The translations under genes and the position numbers were made by a program. Below, piece by piece: positions 25,084 through 36,427 of a DNA stretch of 64,000 nt. This DNA comes from Squalus acanthias. Its lineage: Eukaryota. The DNA is taken from contig CM059432.1 in the NCBI GenBank assembly GCA_030390025.1, positions 129,334,001 to 129,398,000 on the forward strand, written 5' to 3'. Positions within the stretch are counted from its first letter, which is position 1; each line of letters opens with the position of its first letter. The notes beneath the pieces were generated by a model. That model worked only from the letters and a program-made list of their open reading frames with translations. It was not told where the DNA came from and searched no databases.

Positions 25084-26561
25084 AAGAAAGAACTTGCATT
25101 TCTATCGCGCCATTCACAATCTCAGGATGTCCCAAAGCACTTTATAGCCAATGAACTATTTTTGAAGTGTAGTCACCGTTGTAATGTAGGAAAACACGGC
25201 AGCCCAATTGCGCACAGCAAGCTCCCACAAACAGCAATGCGATAATAACCAGATAAAGTTTCAGTGATTAAGGGATAAATATTGGCCAGGACACCAGGGA
25301 GAACCCCCCTGCTCTTTTATGCACAGCTGAGAGGGCAGACGGGGCCTCGGTTTAACGTCTCATCCAAAGGACAGTACCTTTGACAGTGCAGCACTCCCTC
25401 AGTACTGCACTTGAGTGTTAGCCTAGATTATATGATCAAGTCTCTGGAGTGGGACCTTAGAATCATAGAATGATAGAATCATGCAGCATAGAATGAGGCC
25501 ATTCGGCCCATCGTGTATGTATCGGCTCTTTAGTGGAGCTATCCAATTTGTCCCACTCCCCTGCTCTTTCCCCATAGCCTGAAAAATTTTGTTTTTACAT
25601 ATATATCCAATTCCATTTTGACAGTAACTATTGAATCTGCTTCCACCACCCTTTCAGGCAGCGCATTCCAGATCACAACAACTTGCTATTTAAAAAAATT
25701 ATCCTCATATCCCCCTGGTTCTTCTGCAAATTACCTTAAATCTGTGTCCTCTGGTTATCGACCCTCCTTCCAGTGGAAACAGTTTCTCCCTATCTACTCT
25801 ATCATAACCCTTCATAATTTTGAACACCTCTATTAAACCTTCCCTTAGCCTTCTCCGCTCTAAGGAGAACAATCCCAACTTCTCTAGTTCACATAACTGA
25901 AGTTCCTCATCTCTGGTACCATTCCAGTAAATCTCCTCTGCACCCACTCTAAAGCCTTGACATCCTTCCTAAAGTGCGGTACCCAGGATTGCACACAATA
26001 CTCCAGCTGAGGCCTAACCAGTGATTTATAAAGGTTTAGCATAACTTCCTTGCTTTTATACTTTATGGGGGAAAAATTCAGTACCTTAGTGCCTCTCGTT
26101 AGCGCCAGCAGATCGTGCTAATGGGGTGCTGGAGAATTACCGCCGGGGCGAGGCGAATCCAATGCCGCATGCCAAACCCCGCCCCCCCCGCAGGTAACAG
26201 TTATCGCCGGGAGCCTCAATGCCAGGTGGATCGTGATGTCAGTGAGTGTGCAACGTTCACTGTCTGCCCAATCTGCAAAATTGATTGTCGTCACCTACCT
26301 TAGCACCTGGAGGAAACAGTGACAGGGAAAGCTGACGTGAAGCAACAGGAAGCCAGCTCCAGGGATGTTATTTAAAGGGATCATCAATAGTGAGTCACAG
26401 CTGTAGGTTAGTTGAATTTCAGTGCTTTCTTGTCAGTTCCACATAGTGCAACAGTCTCATTCCATAATTTTAACGTTATTTAGTATCAGGAGTGTTGTGG
26501 CAACTAAAAAGTAGCTACATTTATTCTTAAAAAAATCAAACCTCTAAACTTGGTTACATTA

Positions 26562-27751
26562 ATGGGGGCAGTACTGGCAGTCGACCTGGCCCTCCAGGAT
26601 CTACGGCAGAGGGAGTGGAGGCAGCGAGAAAGGCTGGAACATGTGGCCAGAGGGAGGAGGAGGGCCATCAGGGCTCTCAACAGGAGGCCTTACCCTCCGA
26701 GGGTATTCCGAGATCAATTCTCCTACCTCCAATTAAGCGAGGAGCAGTGTATTAGAAGGCTTCACTTCAGCAAGGAGGTGGTCACAGAACTCTGCCATCT
26801 CCTGCAACCAGACCTCCAGCTTCAGAGCAGGGCGACCATGGATCTCAGTGGCAGTCAAGGTCACCGTCGCCCTCAATTTCTTCGCCAGCAGATCCTTCCA
26901 GTCTGCAACAGGAGACATAGCTAACATCTCGCAGTTCGCCGTCCATCGCTGCATCCGGGAGGTCACAGAGGCTCTCTACAGTAGGAGAAGGGACTACATT
27001 TCCTTCCCCATCACCAGAGAGAAGCAGGACGAGCGTGCATGTGGCTTTGCCAGGATAGCGGGATTCCCCATAGTGCAGGGCACCACTGACTGCACCCATG
27101 TGGCTTTGCGGGCACCGCATAACAATCCTGAGATCTTCCGTAACCGCAAAGGCTACCACTCATTTAATGTGCAGTTGGTGTGCGACCACACACACAGCGA
27201 ATCCTCAATGTCAATGAGCACTATCCTGGCAGCAGCCACGATGCCTTCATCCTGCGCCAGACCGGTGTGGCAGCACTCTTCCAGCCACCACGTCAAGCTC
27301 GCGGCTGGCTGGTCGGAGACAAGGGCTATCCGCTCTCCACCTGGCTCATGACTCCCCTCCGCAACCCCAACACTCCTGCCCAGCACTCATATAATGAAAG
27401 CCATGCTGCCACCAGGAACATCATCGAGCAGACCATCCGGGTGCTCAAGCAACAGTTCCGCTGCCTTGACCGCTCGGAGGAGCCCTCCAGTACTCGGCTG
27501 AGCGGCTGTCCCATTTTGTGGTGGTCTGCTGCATGCTCCACAACTTGACCATCACGAGGGCCCAGCCCCTGCCACCAGGGATTGCGGAACCACCTCAAGA
27601 AGAGGAAGAGGGTGAGGAGGAGAATAAGGAGGAAGAGGAAGATGAGGAGGACGAGGAGGAGGAGGAACAGGAGCGAGGGAGGAGGCAGCCACTCAATCGG
27701 CCTTCCGCAAGGGCGGTCCGTGACTGCCTCCTCAGACTGTGGTTCGAATGA
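26562..27751 (+). pseudogene. Harbinger DDE transposase (HARBI1-like), frameshifted
   Basis: LSEEQCIRRLHF, AVKVTVALNFFA, GTTDCTHV, NRKGYHSFNVQLVCD, YPGSSHDAFIL, WLVGDKGYPL, HAATRNIIEQT, CCMLHNL and acidic tail, over four frames. Confidence 0.9.
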
Positions 27752-27916
27752 ATTAAACCCCAGATCCCCGTTGCTCACCACATCCCCATCATTCCACCCC
27801 TGTCACAGGCCATATCACAGCGCAAAGCTGAAATGAGACACACCACAAAAGAATCCAAACTAAATTAATAAATTTATAAATAATCAGTGAACACATATTT
27901 ACAACAAAAATATTAA

Positions 27917-29770
27917 TTATTCATTCTTGTGCAATCCTTCAGTGCCTCTTGTTACTGTGCCTTTGCCTACTCTAGTGCTCCTACGAAATGTTGGCCCAGT
28001 GGCTGCAGCAGGGCTGGTGGAAGGCTGCTGAGTGTCTGTGCGGGAGACTTCAGATGGCCTTGCAGGACACCTTCGACCAGCTCTGGGCCTGGAAGGCCCG
28101 GCTGTAGACTGCACCACCTCAGCATGGGCGGCAGCAGTCTGGGCTGGCTGGATGACAGGCAGCAACAACGACAGTGGCGGAGTGGCAGTGGTGGAAGCAG
28201 GAATTCTGTCATCCTGAGAGAGGACAGCAGGCTCCTGCTCCACTGACCCACTGCCACTCCCCCGGGGCAGCACCTCAGCATCCCTAGCAAGCTGTTGCAC
28301 CACAGATTGCTGGCCTGCTGCGACACCGTGAAAGCCCCGGTTGACGGTGGTAGACCCAGTCACAATGGCAGCAGTCAGGGCTTACGTGGCATCAGGCTGA
28401 GACTGCATGAGATTGGATGCCACTAAGCATAGACTGCATTACAGCACGAAGACGTTGCGTCACTTCCGCCTGTGCTGCAATGGAAGCTGTTAGATTGCCC
28501 ATCACACGTGGCATCAGGTCTGGATCACCACGGTCTCTCTGGAAGTCTACCATCCTTTGCAGACTGGAAATGATGGGCTCCATGGTGTGCACAGAGCCTT
28601 GTGCTATGTTGGAGGTGGACTCCTCCACACTCCTTATCATTGCCGAGAGGCTCTCAGGCACCCTTGCCATTGCACCTATCATCTCCGTGTGCATGCCCAT
28701 CACCCTTCTTCAAAATGCCTCCCCGTCGAGGTACTCATCTGAGTCCTGTGCAGCAGAACTGCGTGCGAACGTGCCCTCCGGGGAGCTGGCCCCTGAGCTA
28801 CCCTTTCCCCCTGGCCTTGCTGCAGCCCACTTATCCCCAGTGCCTCACCCTGTGCAGAACCCGACTACTATACTAGCCTCTAAAGAATGCGTAGTGCCAG
28901 TATCTGAGCTGGTGCCTGCGGGTGAGACATGCAGTGCCGCGGTGTGTTCTTCCTCCTCCTCTTCTCCCGCCTTGCTCTTTACGTTGCCCTCAGGGACAGG
29001 CCGCTCAGCTGCTTGCTCATTATCTGAAAGCATAAAGGCACAAGAGTCGGGTTAAGGTGAGGGGAGGGGGGCAGGAAGTGAGAAATGCATGCATACAGCA
29101 TGATTAGCTGGAAAGTGCGAATCGCTTGTGGGGTGAGGGGGAAGTGGGATGTGAGAAGAAAGAATAGGGATGGACATACCATTGTTGTCCCCAAGGAGGC
29201 CAACGTCGCCGGTGGCCACGGTGCCCACCACCTGGCACACAATAATCTGCAGCATTCTATTCTCCAGCGCAGACAGTGGTTGGGTGTCGACTAGTCCCCT
29301 GTCTGTGTGCTCCTGCTTCCTCCTGTTGTGAGCCACCTTGGCCTGCAAGGGAATGGAAAGTGTGTGAGTGAGTGTGGAGCAATGTGTTTGGGTGATGTGC
29401 CTGCCATAGTTGAATAGCTGTCATTGTGTGCAAGGTGTGAGATGTGGGTGTGAGTGTTGGTAGGTAGAGATTGTTGGTGGGTGAGTGCTGGAAGTGTGGT
29501 GCTTTGGGCAGTGTGTGAAGACTGGTTCAGATGATGGTATGTAGCATTTGTTGAAGCATTGACTCACCCTGACCACCCGAGTGAGGTTGTTAAATTGCTT
29601 CCTGCACTGTGTGTGGGTCCTGGGGACCACAGTGCTGCCCGAGATGTACTGTGCTACCTCCCTCCACATGGGTAGAGCATCACCCTCCGTCTCTCCACTG
29701 CGAACACCAATGCCTCCAGTGCTTGATTGCAGAATCTGTGGGCTCTCTCCCTGGGGCGTGGATCTGCCAT
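27917..29770 (-). pseudogene. Harbinger Myb/SANT-like DNA-binding protein, 3 exons (~29770-29568, 29342-29180, 29023-27917)
   Basis: MADPRPRERAHRF..LEALV, WREVAQYIS..PRTHTQCRKQFNNL. GT-AG junctions GTGAGT, TTGCAG, GTATGT and TTTCAG. Frameshifts present. Confidence 0.8.
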
Positions 29771-30349
29771 GAGTACAGCTGCTCCAGTCCTCCGGCTCCT
29801 TCTCCTTGACCTGCTGCTGCTTGCTGAGGCAGCTGCACAGCCAGCAATGCTGAGAATGAGGTTCTGCAGCATCAATGAACCTCCCCTTTAAGAACTGGGA
29901 AAAGCCTGTGGCAATCGTGACTTGCGATTAGACTGCACCTGATATTGGTCTAGCCTTTGAGTGTAGCACTAATGAGCTTGGGCTTAAAGATTTGAATTAG
30001 CGCTCCAATCATTTCTTTGAGTAGTGAGAATGAATTTTGCGTGCAGTCTAAAGCATTCAAGCCTGGCGCTAATTCTCCAACTTTTCTAATGATACCGCCC
30101 ATTCATGGGCTGTAATGAATTTCTAGCCCAGAGCCTCTATTTATAAATCCATGGATCCTGTGTGCTTTACTTAACAGCCTTATCACCTTGACCTTCAACC
30201 ATCAACTTGAACCCACAACCTTTTGACTCAGCACACCACTGAAGTGTCAGCCTTTACGAGGTGATCATGTCTCTGAAGTGAGACTTGAACCCATAACCAT
30301 CTGACTCAGAGGCAAGAATTATACGACTGAGCCAAGCTGACACCTACAA

Positions 30350-31002
30350 CATTTCATAATCCACTCAGTAAACTCCTCAAATGATGCATTGTCAATAGAC
30401 TGTCTTCTAATAATATGTTGAATGTTGCATTGTCCAGTTAATAGACTACCTTCTATTAGTGCATGGTGTACTCAATAAGCTGCTCTTGAATGTGTATGTT
30501 CTGCTGAATAAATTCTTCTTCAATGATAGTGTCCAGTCAATAGACTACCTTCTAATGGCACCGTCCAGTCAAAAACTGTTCTTCAATCGTGTTTTGTCCA
30601 GCCAGTAGACCACCTTCGAGCAATGTGCAGTCCACTTAATAAACTGTCTTCAAATGGTGCATAATCTAGTGAACAAACTGCTCTTGAATCTTGCTTAATC
30701 CAGCCGACAGGCTACGCCTGAATGGTGAATACCCCAGTCAATAAACTACTCTTGAATGATGCATTGTCCAGACACCAGAATGCCTTTTAATTGCAAATAA
30801 TCCACTCAATGAAGTTCCACCGAATGGTTCATACTCTGTCAATAAAGTGCTCTGAAATAATACATTGTACAATAATGGACTGCCTTCTAATAGTGCATGA
30901 TTCATGATTGTTCGGTGAATAAACTTTTCTGAAATGGTGCATAATCCAATCAGTAGACCGCTTTCTCGTTATGCATAGGCCAGTCAATAACCTGGGCTCA
31001 AA
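30350..31002 (+). repeat. Degenerate 34-bp minisatellite, right block
   Basis: Same unit and orientation as 23745-25083, roughly 19 copies estimated from length. Confidence 0.85.
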
Positions 31003-31030
31003 TGGTCTCCTCTGCATTGGGGAGACCAAA

Positions 31031-31242
31031 AGTGAGAAGTCGCACAACACCAGGTTATAGTCCAACAGTTTTATTTGAAATCACAAGCTTTCGGAGCTGC
31101 TGCCCCTTCGTCAGGTGAAATCAGGTGAAGGGGCAGCAGCTCCGAAAGCTTGTGATTTCAAATAAAACTGTTGGACTATAACCTGGTGTTGTGCGACTTC
31201 TCACTTTTGTCCACCCCAGTCCAACACCGGCATCTCCGCATC
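31031..31242. mobile_element. Penelope family 2 pLTR-end insert forming an inverted repeat
   Basis: Arms ~31028-31109 and 31127-31208, 14-bp TSD TTGGGGAGACCAAA (31017-31030 / 31243-31256). Sequence matches 39689-39779. Confidence 0.85.
31081..31118 (-). ncRNA. Minimal type I hammerhead ribozyme
   Basis: UCAC-CUGACGA-A-GGGGC-agca-GCUCC-GAAA-GC-UU-GUGA. Confidence 0.8.
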
Positions 31243-31847
31243 TTGGGGAGACCAAACACAGATTGGGTGATGGCTTTGCAGAACACCTCCGTTCAGTCCG
31301 CACGTATGGCCCTGAGCTTCCGATCGCTTGTTATTTTAATTCTCCGCTCCACTCCCACTCTGACCTCTCTGTCCTTGGCCTCTTACACTGTTCCAATGAA
31401 GCTCAACGTAAGCTCAAGGAACAGCAGCTCATCTTTTGATCAGGCACTTTACAGCCTTCTGGACTCAACATCGAGTTCATCAATTTCAGACCATAACCAC
31501 TTTTTGTTGTTTCCAGCCTTCAGTTCATGACGGTGTGGGTCGACTTTGACTATAAACACTCTAAAAATAATGGATAGGAAAAATCCCATTTTTTCAGACA
31601 GCAGCTGCAGGTAATGATTCTGCTATTGCCATTTCCAACTCCTCTAGACCCACCTTGTGTTTCTTTACTTGTCCCATTACCATCTCCTTTTGCTTTGCAC
31701 CATCATCCCTTTTGTCATTTAATCTCTCCTGCCTTCCACCCTATCACAGACCATTCGTTCTTTCCTCCCCTTTCCCTGCCTCTGTACTTGCTTAAAACCT
31801 GTTACATCTGTGATATTTTCTAGTTCTGATGAAAGGTCATCGACCAA

Positions 31848-32340
31848 TGTTTCTCTGGGGAGAATTTCCATGCTCTTTTTCAAAATTGTGCCATGGGATC
31901 TTTCAGGGCAGACGGGGCCCCGGTTTAACGTCTCATCCAAAAGATGGCACCTCTGACAGTGCAGCACTCCCTCAGTACTGCACTGGAGTGTCACCCTAGA
32001 TTTTGTGCTCAAGTCTCTGGAGTGGGACTTGAACCCACAACCTTCTGACTCAGAGGCAGGTGTGCTGCAATTGAGCCGAAGTTGGCATGATGGGGGCGAA
32101 CAGGGGAGTTCTCTCAGTGTCCTGGCCAATATTTATCCCTCAACCACCATCACTAAAAACAGATTATCTGGTCATTGTCACATTGCTGTTTGTGGGACCT
32201 TGCTGTGCGCTAATTGACTGCTGCAATTCCTACATTACAACAGTGACAACAATTCAAAAGTACTTCATTGGCTAGAAAGCATTTTGGGAAATCCCAAGGT
32301 CATGAAATGCGCTATATAAATACAAGTCTTTCTTTCTTTT
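31848..32340. mobile_element. Deu SINE with inverted 5' half (31848-32085 minus, ~32093-32340 plus)
   Basis: Head half is reversed, tail half is forward, and the two overlap by a short GGGGAGTTCTC segment. Confidence 0.7.
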
Positions 32341-32814
32341 GACGTAAATTATTTGGAACAAGGAACGAGTTTGATATTGTAGAGTTGTGGAGGCTAGGAG
32401 TAATGGAGCTGTAACTTAATCGTGTTCTACAGATGATATCATAAGCCACAACAGAGGAGTTGAAGTAGTTTACAGATGTGATTTGAACCACGCGGTTAAA
32501 TTACATTTTCACACACCGTCTCCTATCCATTATTTTTATAGTGTAGAATATAGTGCTAGTGACAGGTCAAAGTCGACCTGCACAGTCACGAATTGAAGGC
32601 TGGAAACAACCACCATGAGATCATCATTGCACACTGATACTGTCACACTCATATTCAGGACAGCACAACAAGGAAATTATTTAGCAGATCTAAAACAGTA
32701 CCGCAAAGAATTAAAATGTTACGTTTTCAAATGGATTGTGGTGTAGAGCAATGGTTAATCAGCAGGTTAAGAGCTGTGGTGATGAATGGTTTAATAACCA
32801 AAAGTGGTAGTTTA

Positions 32815-33095
32815 GAGTCCAATACTAGGGGTCATAAATATAAGATAGACACTAATATACCCAGAGAGTGGTTAGAATGTGGAACTCGCTACCACATGGA
32901 GGAGGTCAGGCGAATAGCATAGATGCCTTCAAGGGGAAGCTAGATGAGCACATGAGGGAGAAAGGAATAGAAGGGTATGCTGATAGGGTGAGATGAAGCA
33001 GAGTGGGAGGAGGCTCGTGTGGAGCACAAAGACCGGCATGGACCTGTTGGGCCAAATGGCCTGTTTCTGTGCTGCAAATGCTACGTAATTCCATC
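32815..33095 (+). mobile_element. CR1 3' fragment
   Basis: SNTRGHKYKI...RVVRMWNSLP-like sequence and 3' hairpin. Confidence 0.75.
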
Positions 33096-33980
33096 TAACC
33101 AAATACAGCACTGGGTGACGTATCTGCCCGTTTAATTTCTGTTTAAAACAAATGCTGAAATCCACAATGATTGAGCAAGAAGTCCATACTCATCCCCAAT
33201 ATTGCTAAATATGCTGCCTCACCAGAATGAACCTTTATGAAACTGTGTCTGCCGACAAGAGATTTGTGTTTCCGCCGATTGCTCAAGACGATATAGATTC
33301 CCTCTCTGCAGCCATGGACAATCGGGCAGTGGGTTTAATAATAATATTAATTAAAATGAAAACCATTAAAATGAATTACAGGAAAATTGGATGGCCCATG
33401 AATTGGGCCTGTGGGTCTCTGCGCCCAATTGTCCATCTGACCTCTTGTCAAGTGAGACTCTGCACCGGGTGGTCTCACCCATAAAGCATGCCTATTTTTG
33501 CAGCAGTGCTAAACTTTTGTCAACCCTTCCATCTAGTGGTAGTGCCATTTCTTCTTTCAAGCAAAAAGCCCTCTTGGATGGTACAGGGCTTTTAATGAAA
33601 AAAAAATGCTATTCCCTAGGAAACAATGTGGCCTAGTATTAAGGGATGAATTAGCTGGAAACTGCCAAAAAGCCTAAAAGATATCAGCTGAACCAGTGAG
33701 CCGTTAGAAGCAATGAGAGTTGAATACCACTTCAGGGGCATACTTAAATTAAAGGAACATTGACATCTGCAAATTCTGGCAGGCAAGCTTAAAACCCAAG
33801 GCCTCGCACACCAACAGTTGTGCAAACACTAAGAAGTCAAATTGGAATTACAGCTACAAGTGCTGGAAATTCGGAAAGCAGCTGGACAGTTTCAAAGGTC
33901 ACGTCTTCACCAAGCAGCTAAGAATTAATGACAGTACTTTATTGTAACAACCCGAATACGTCTTATTCCAGTGGACTCAA

Positions 33981-34415
33981 ACATAGAAAAATAGGAGCAG
34001 GAGTAGGCCATTCGGCCCTTCGAGCCTGCTCCGCCATTCAATATGATCATGGCTGATCCTCTATCTCAATACCATATTCCCGCTCTCATCCCCATACCCC
34101 TTGATGCCTTTTGTGTCTAGAAATCTATCTATCTCTTTCGTAAATATATTCAGTGACTTGGCCTCCACAGCCTTCTGTGGTAGAGAATTCCACAGGTTCA
34201 CCACCCTCTGAGTGAAGAAATTTCTCCTCATCTCAGTCCTAAATGTCCTACCCCGTATCCTGAGACTGTGACCCCTCATTCTAGACCCCCCAGCCAGGGG
34301 AAACATCCTCCCTGCATCCAGTCTGTCTAGCCCTGTCAGAATTTTATACGTCTCAATGAGATCCCCCTCTCATTCTTCTAAACTCTAGTGAATACAGGCC
34401 TAGTCGACCCAATCT
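33981..34415 (-). mobile_element. CR1 3' fragment
   Basis: Near-identical reverse complement of ~37232-37665. Confidence 0.9.
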
Positions 34416-34686
34416 CGACACAGTCAAGGGCCGTGTCAAACACAGTAGAGGGGAATCCTCGGTTGAGGAAAAAGGAAGACATGTCGTAAGCACTGGTATG
34501 GAAGGTGGCATCGTCAGAGCAGATGCGGCGGAGACGGAGAAACTGGGAGAATGGAATAGAGTCCTGACAGGAAGCGAGGTGGGAGGAAGTGTAATCCAGG
34601 TAGCTGTGGGAGTCAGTGGGCTTGTAGTGAATGCTTGTCAATAACCTATCCCCAGAGATGGAGACGGAGAAGTCGAGGAAGGGACA
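34416..34686 (-). mobile_element. Penelope-like RT thumb/linker fragment
   Basis: PFLDFSVSISGDRLLTSIHYKPTDSHSYLDYTSSH..IPFSQFLRLRRICS..FFLNRGFP. Confidence 0.85.
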
Positions 34687-34954
34687 CAATACAAAAGCCT
34701 GCATTCCTCAGCACCAGAAGCCACAGGCGGTATTGTAGAAAGTTCTCCAATATAAATATGATATTACTTTCTGGCTTGTTGTCAGCAAGTCACTGATGCA
34801 CGACTTAAATCCTGTTCAGTATCTACAGAGATGTCAGTTCATCTCTCGGGCTTTATGGTGATAATAGGAGAAATAAAAATGCATTACCTGCGAATTACTG
34901 GAGTTACTACTGTCTGATCAGTTTTCCTTCAAAAGGACATGACTTTTATCAGGT

Positions 34955-35492
34955 CATTACATAGGATATATGGCACAGAAACAGGCCATTCGGCCCAACC
35001 AGTCCATGCCGGCATTTATGCTCCACTCGAGTCTCCTCCTGTCTTTCCTCATCTAAATCTATCAGCATAACCCTCTATTCCCTTCTCCCTCATATGCTTG
35101 TCTAGCCTCCCCTTAAATGCATCCATACTTTTCGCTTCAACCACTCCCTGTGGTAGCGAGTTCCACATTCTCCCCACTCTCTAGGTAAAGAAGTTTCTTC
35201 TGAATTCCCTACTGGATTTCTTGGTGACTCTTATATTGATGGCCTCTAGTTTTGCTCTTTCCCACAAGTGGAAACATTCCCTCTGTATCCACTCTGTCAA
35301 AACCTTTCATAATTTTAAAGACCTCTATTAGGTCACCCCTCAGCCTTCTTTTTTCCAAGAGAAAAGAGACCCAGCCTGTTCATCCTTTTCTGATATGTAT
35401 ATCCTCGCATTTCTGGTATCATCCTTGTAAATCCTCTCTGCACCCTCTCCAGTGCCTCTATATCCTTTTTATAATATGGCGACCAGAACTGT
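34955..35492 (-). mobile_element. CR1 3' fragment
   Basis: Same subfamily as 9677-10360. Confidence 0.8.
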
Positions 35493-35572
35493 ATTTGTTT
35501 AACTTACATTTCTGATCATTGCAGTGAGTGATGTTAGTAGCAATAATGGAACATGTTCCACCACTGACATCT

Positions 35573-36274
35573 AGGCCTCAATTTTACCGCCCTCCCCCCC
35601 ACAACTCGGCAAGCGGGTGAGGGTCGGGGGTTAAAATGATCAGGATCGGGCAACCTGACCCCAGCCCGGCCCCATTCCCGCCTCGTTAAATTTTGAAGTG
35701 TAGATATCAGGCCGTGGACGAGACTCCCGCAAAAGGCAGGCGAGGGCCTAATTAACATACCAACTTCAAGGCCTGGTGACATCATTGGTGTTGCGATTTA
35801 ATGGGTGAGTGGGAGGCCCAACCTGTGGGATTCCTGGCAGCTGATCCGAGGCGGGAGCTGCCAACTCCCCAAGGTAAGTATGTTCTATTCGCACGCCTTG
35901 CAGGCTAGGAGAAGCAGGAGTGCTCCCCCCTCAGGCCCCTCAAGGAAGCCTCCCCGAGACCCGATCGTCAGCCTCCTGCACCACCCCCGCCCCCCCCCAG
36001 CCCTCCTGATCTCAAACCTCCTTCTAGCCCACCCGATCACCGCCCCGTCCCCAAGGGTCCCCGGCCGCAGCCTCCTGCCACTGGTGTTCCCTCCCACCCG
36101 CAGGCCAGGCTGTCCATTTGGGCAGTTGCATGGGCGGGAGGTGGCCCTACAATATGCTAACGAGGCCCTGCCGTTAAGATCGGCAGGGTGTCCACATCCC
36201 CGGCTTTGATGGGCTTTCCCCACGTTGTCGCGCTGCCCTGCACCCTCCCTGCCTCCCTGTAAATATCGGGGCCC
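35573..36274. mobile_element. MITE (probably PIF/Harbinger)
   Basis: Imperfect TIRs GGCCTCAATTTTAC / GTAAATATCGGGGCCC with TA(G) at both flanks. Related to 11327-12108. Confidence 0.65.
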
Positions 36275-36427
36275 TAGTCTCAGAAACAGATATAGTACAG
36301 GTCTGATATAGTACAGCTATTGCAGATTAAAACTGCCTGTATACTGGCCCATCAATGCTCTTTAAACTCCAGCATTAGAAAAGAATTTAGATTGCATCAA
36401 TGGGGATTTTCCCATTTGTTACACCAA

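Larger units (their letters stand above)
26067..30129. mobile_element. PIF/Harbinger DNA transposon, two-gene structure, degenerate
   Basis: Imperfect TIRs GGGGGAAAAATTCAGTAC / GTAATGAATTTCTAGCCC enclosing convergent transposase and Myb/SANT genes. Confidence 0.88.
25084..30345 (-). mobile_element. Deu SINE (25084-25457 and ~30205-30345) containing a CR1 3' fragment (25458-26066, ~30130-30200), which contains a Harbinger
   Basis: SINE breaks at GGAGTGGGAC and resumes ACTTGAACCCACAACC. CR1 breaks at TTTTATACTTTAT and resumes GCCTCTATTTATAAA. Confidence 0.75.
31003..31845 (+). mobile_element. Penelope family 1 GIY-YIG region and 3' UTR, with insertions; hammerhead truncated at 31845
   Basis: GLLCIGETK..HRLGDGFAEHLRSV...HSHSDL...EQQLIF. 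Ends AGTTCTGATGAAAGGTCATCGACC. Confidence 0.85.

Noticed and set aside
26562..27751. Host HARBI1 gene
   Set aside because: It is frameshifted and lies between TIRs with a Myb partner, so it is a transposon copy.
23745..31002. CRISPR-like array
   Set aside because: Units are head-to-tail with no unique spacers, there are no cas genes, and the context is vertebrate.
33227..33484. 85-aa ORF in unique sequence
   Set aside because: No recognisable domain or convincing splice-site pair.
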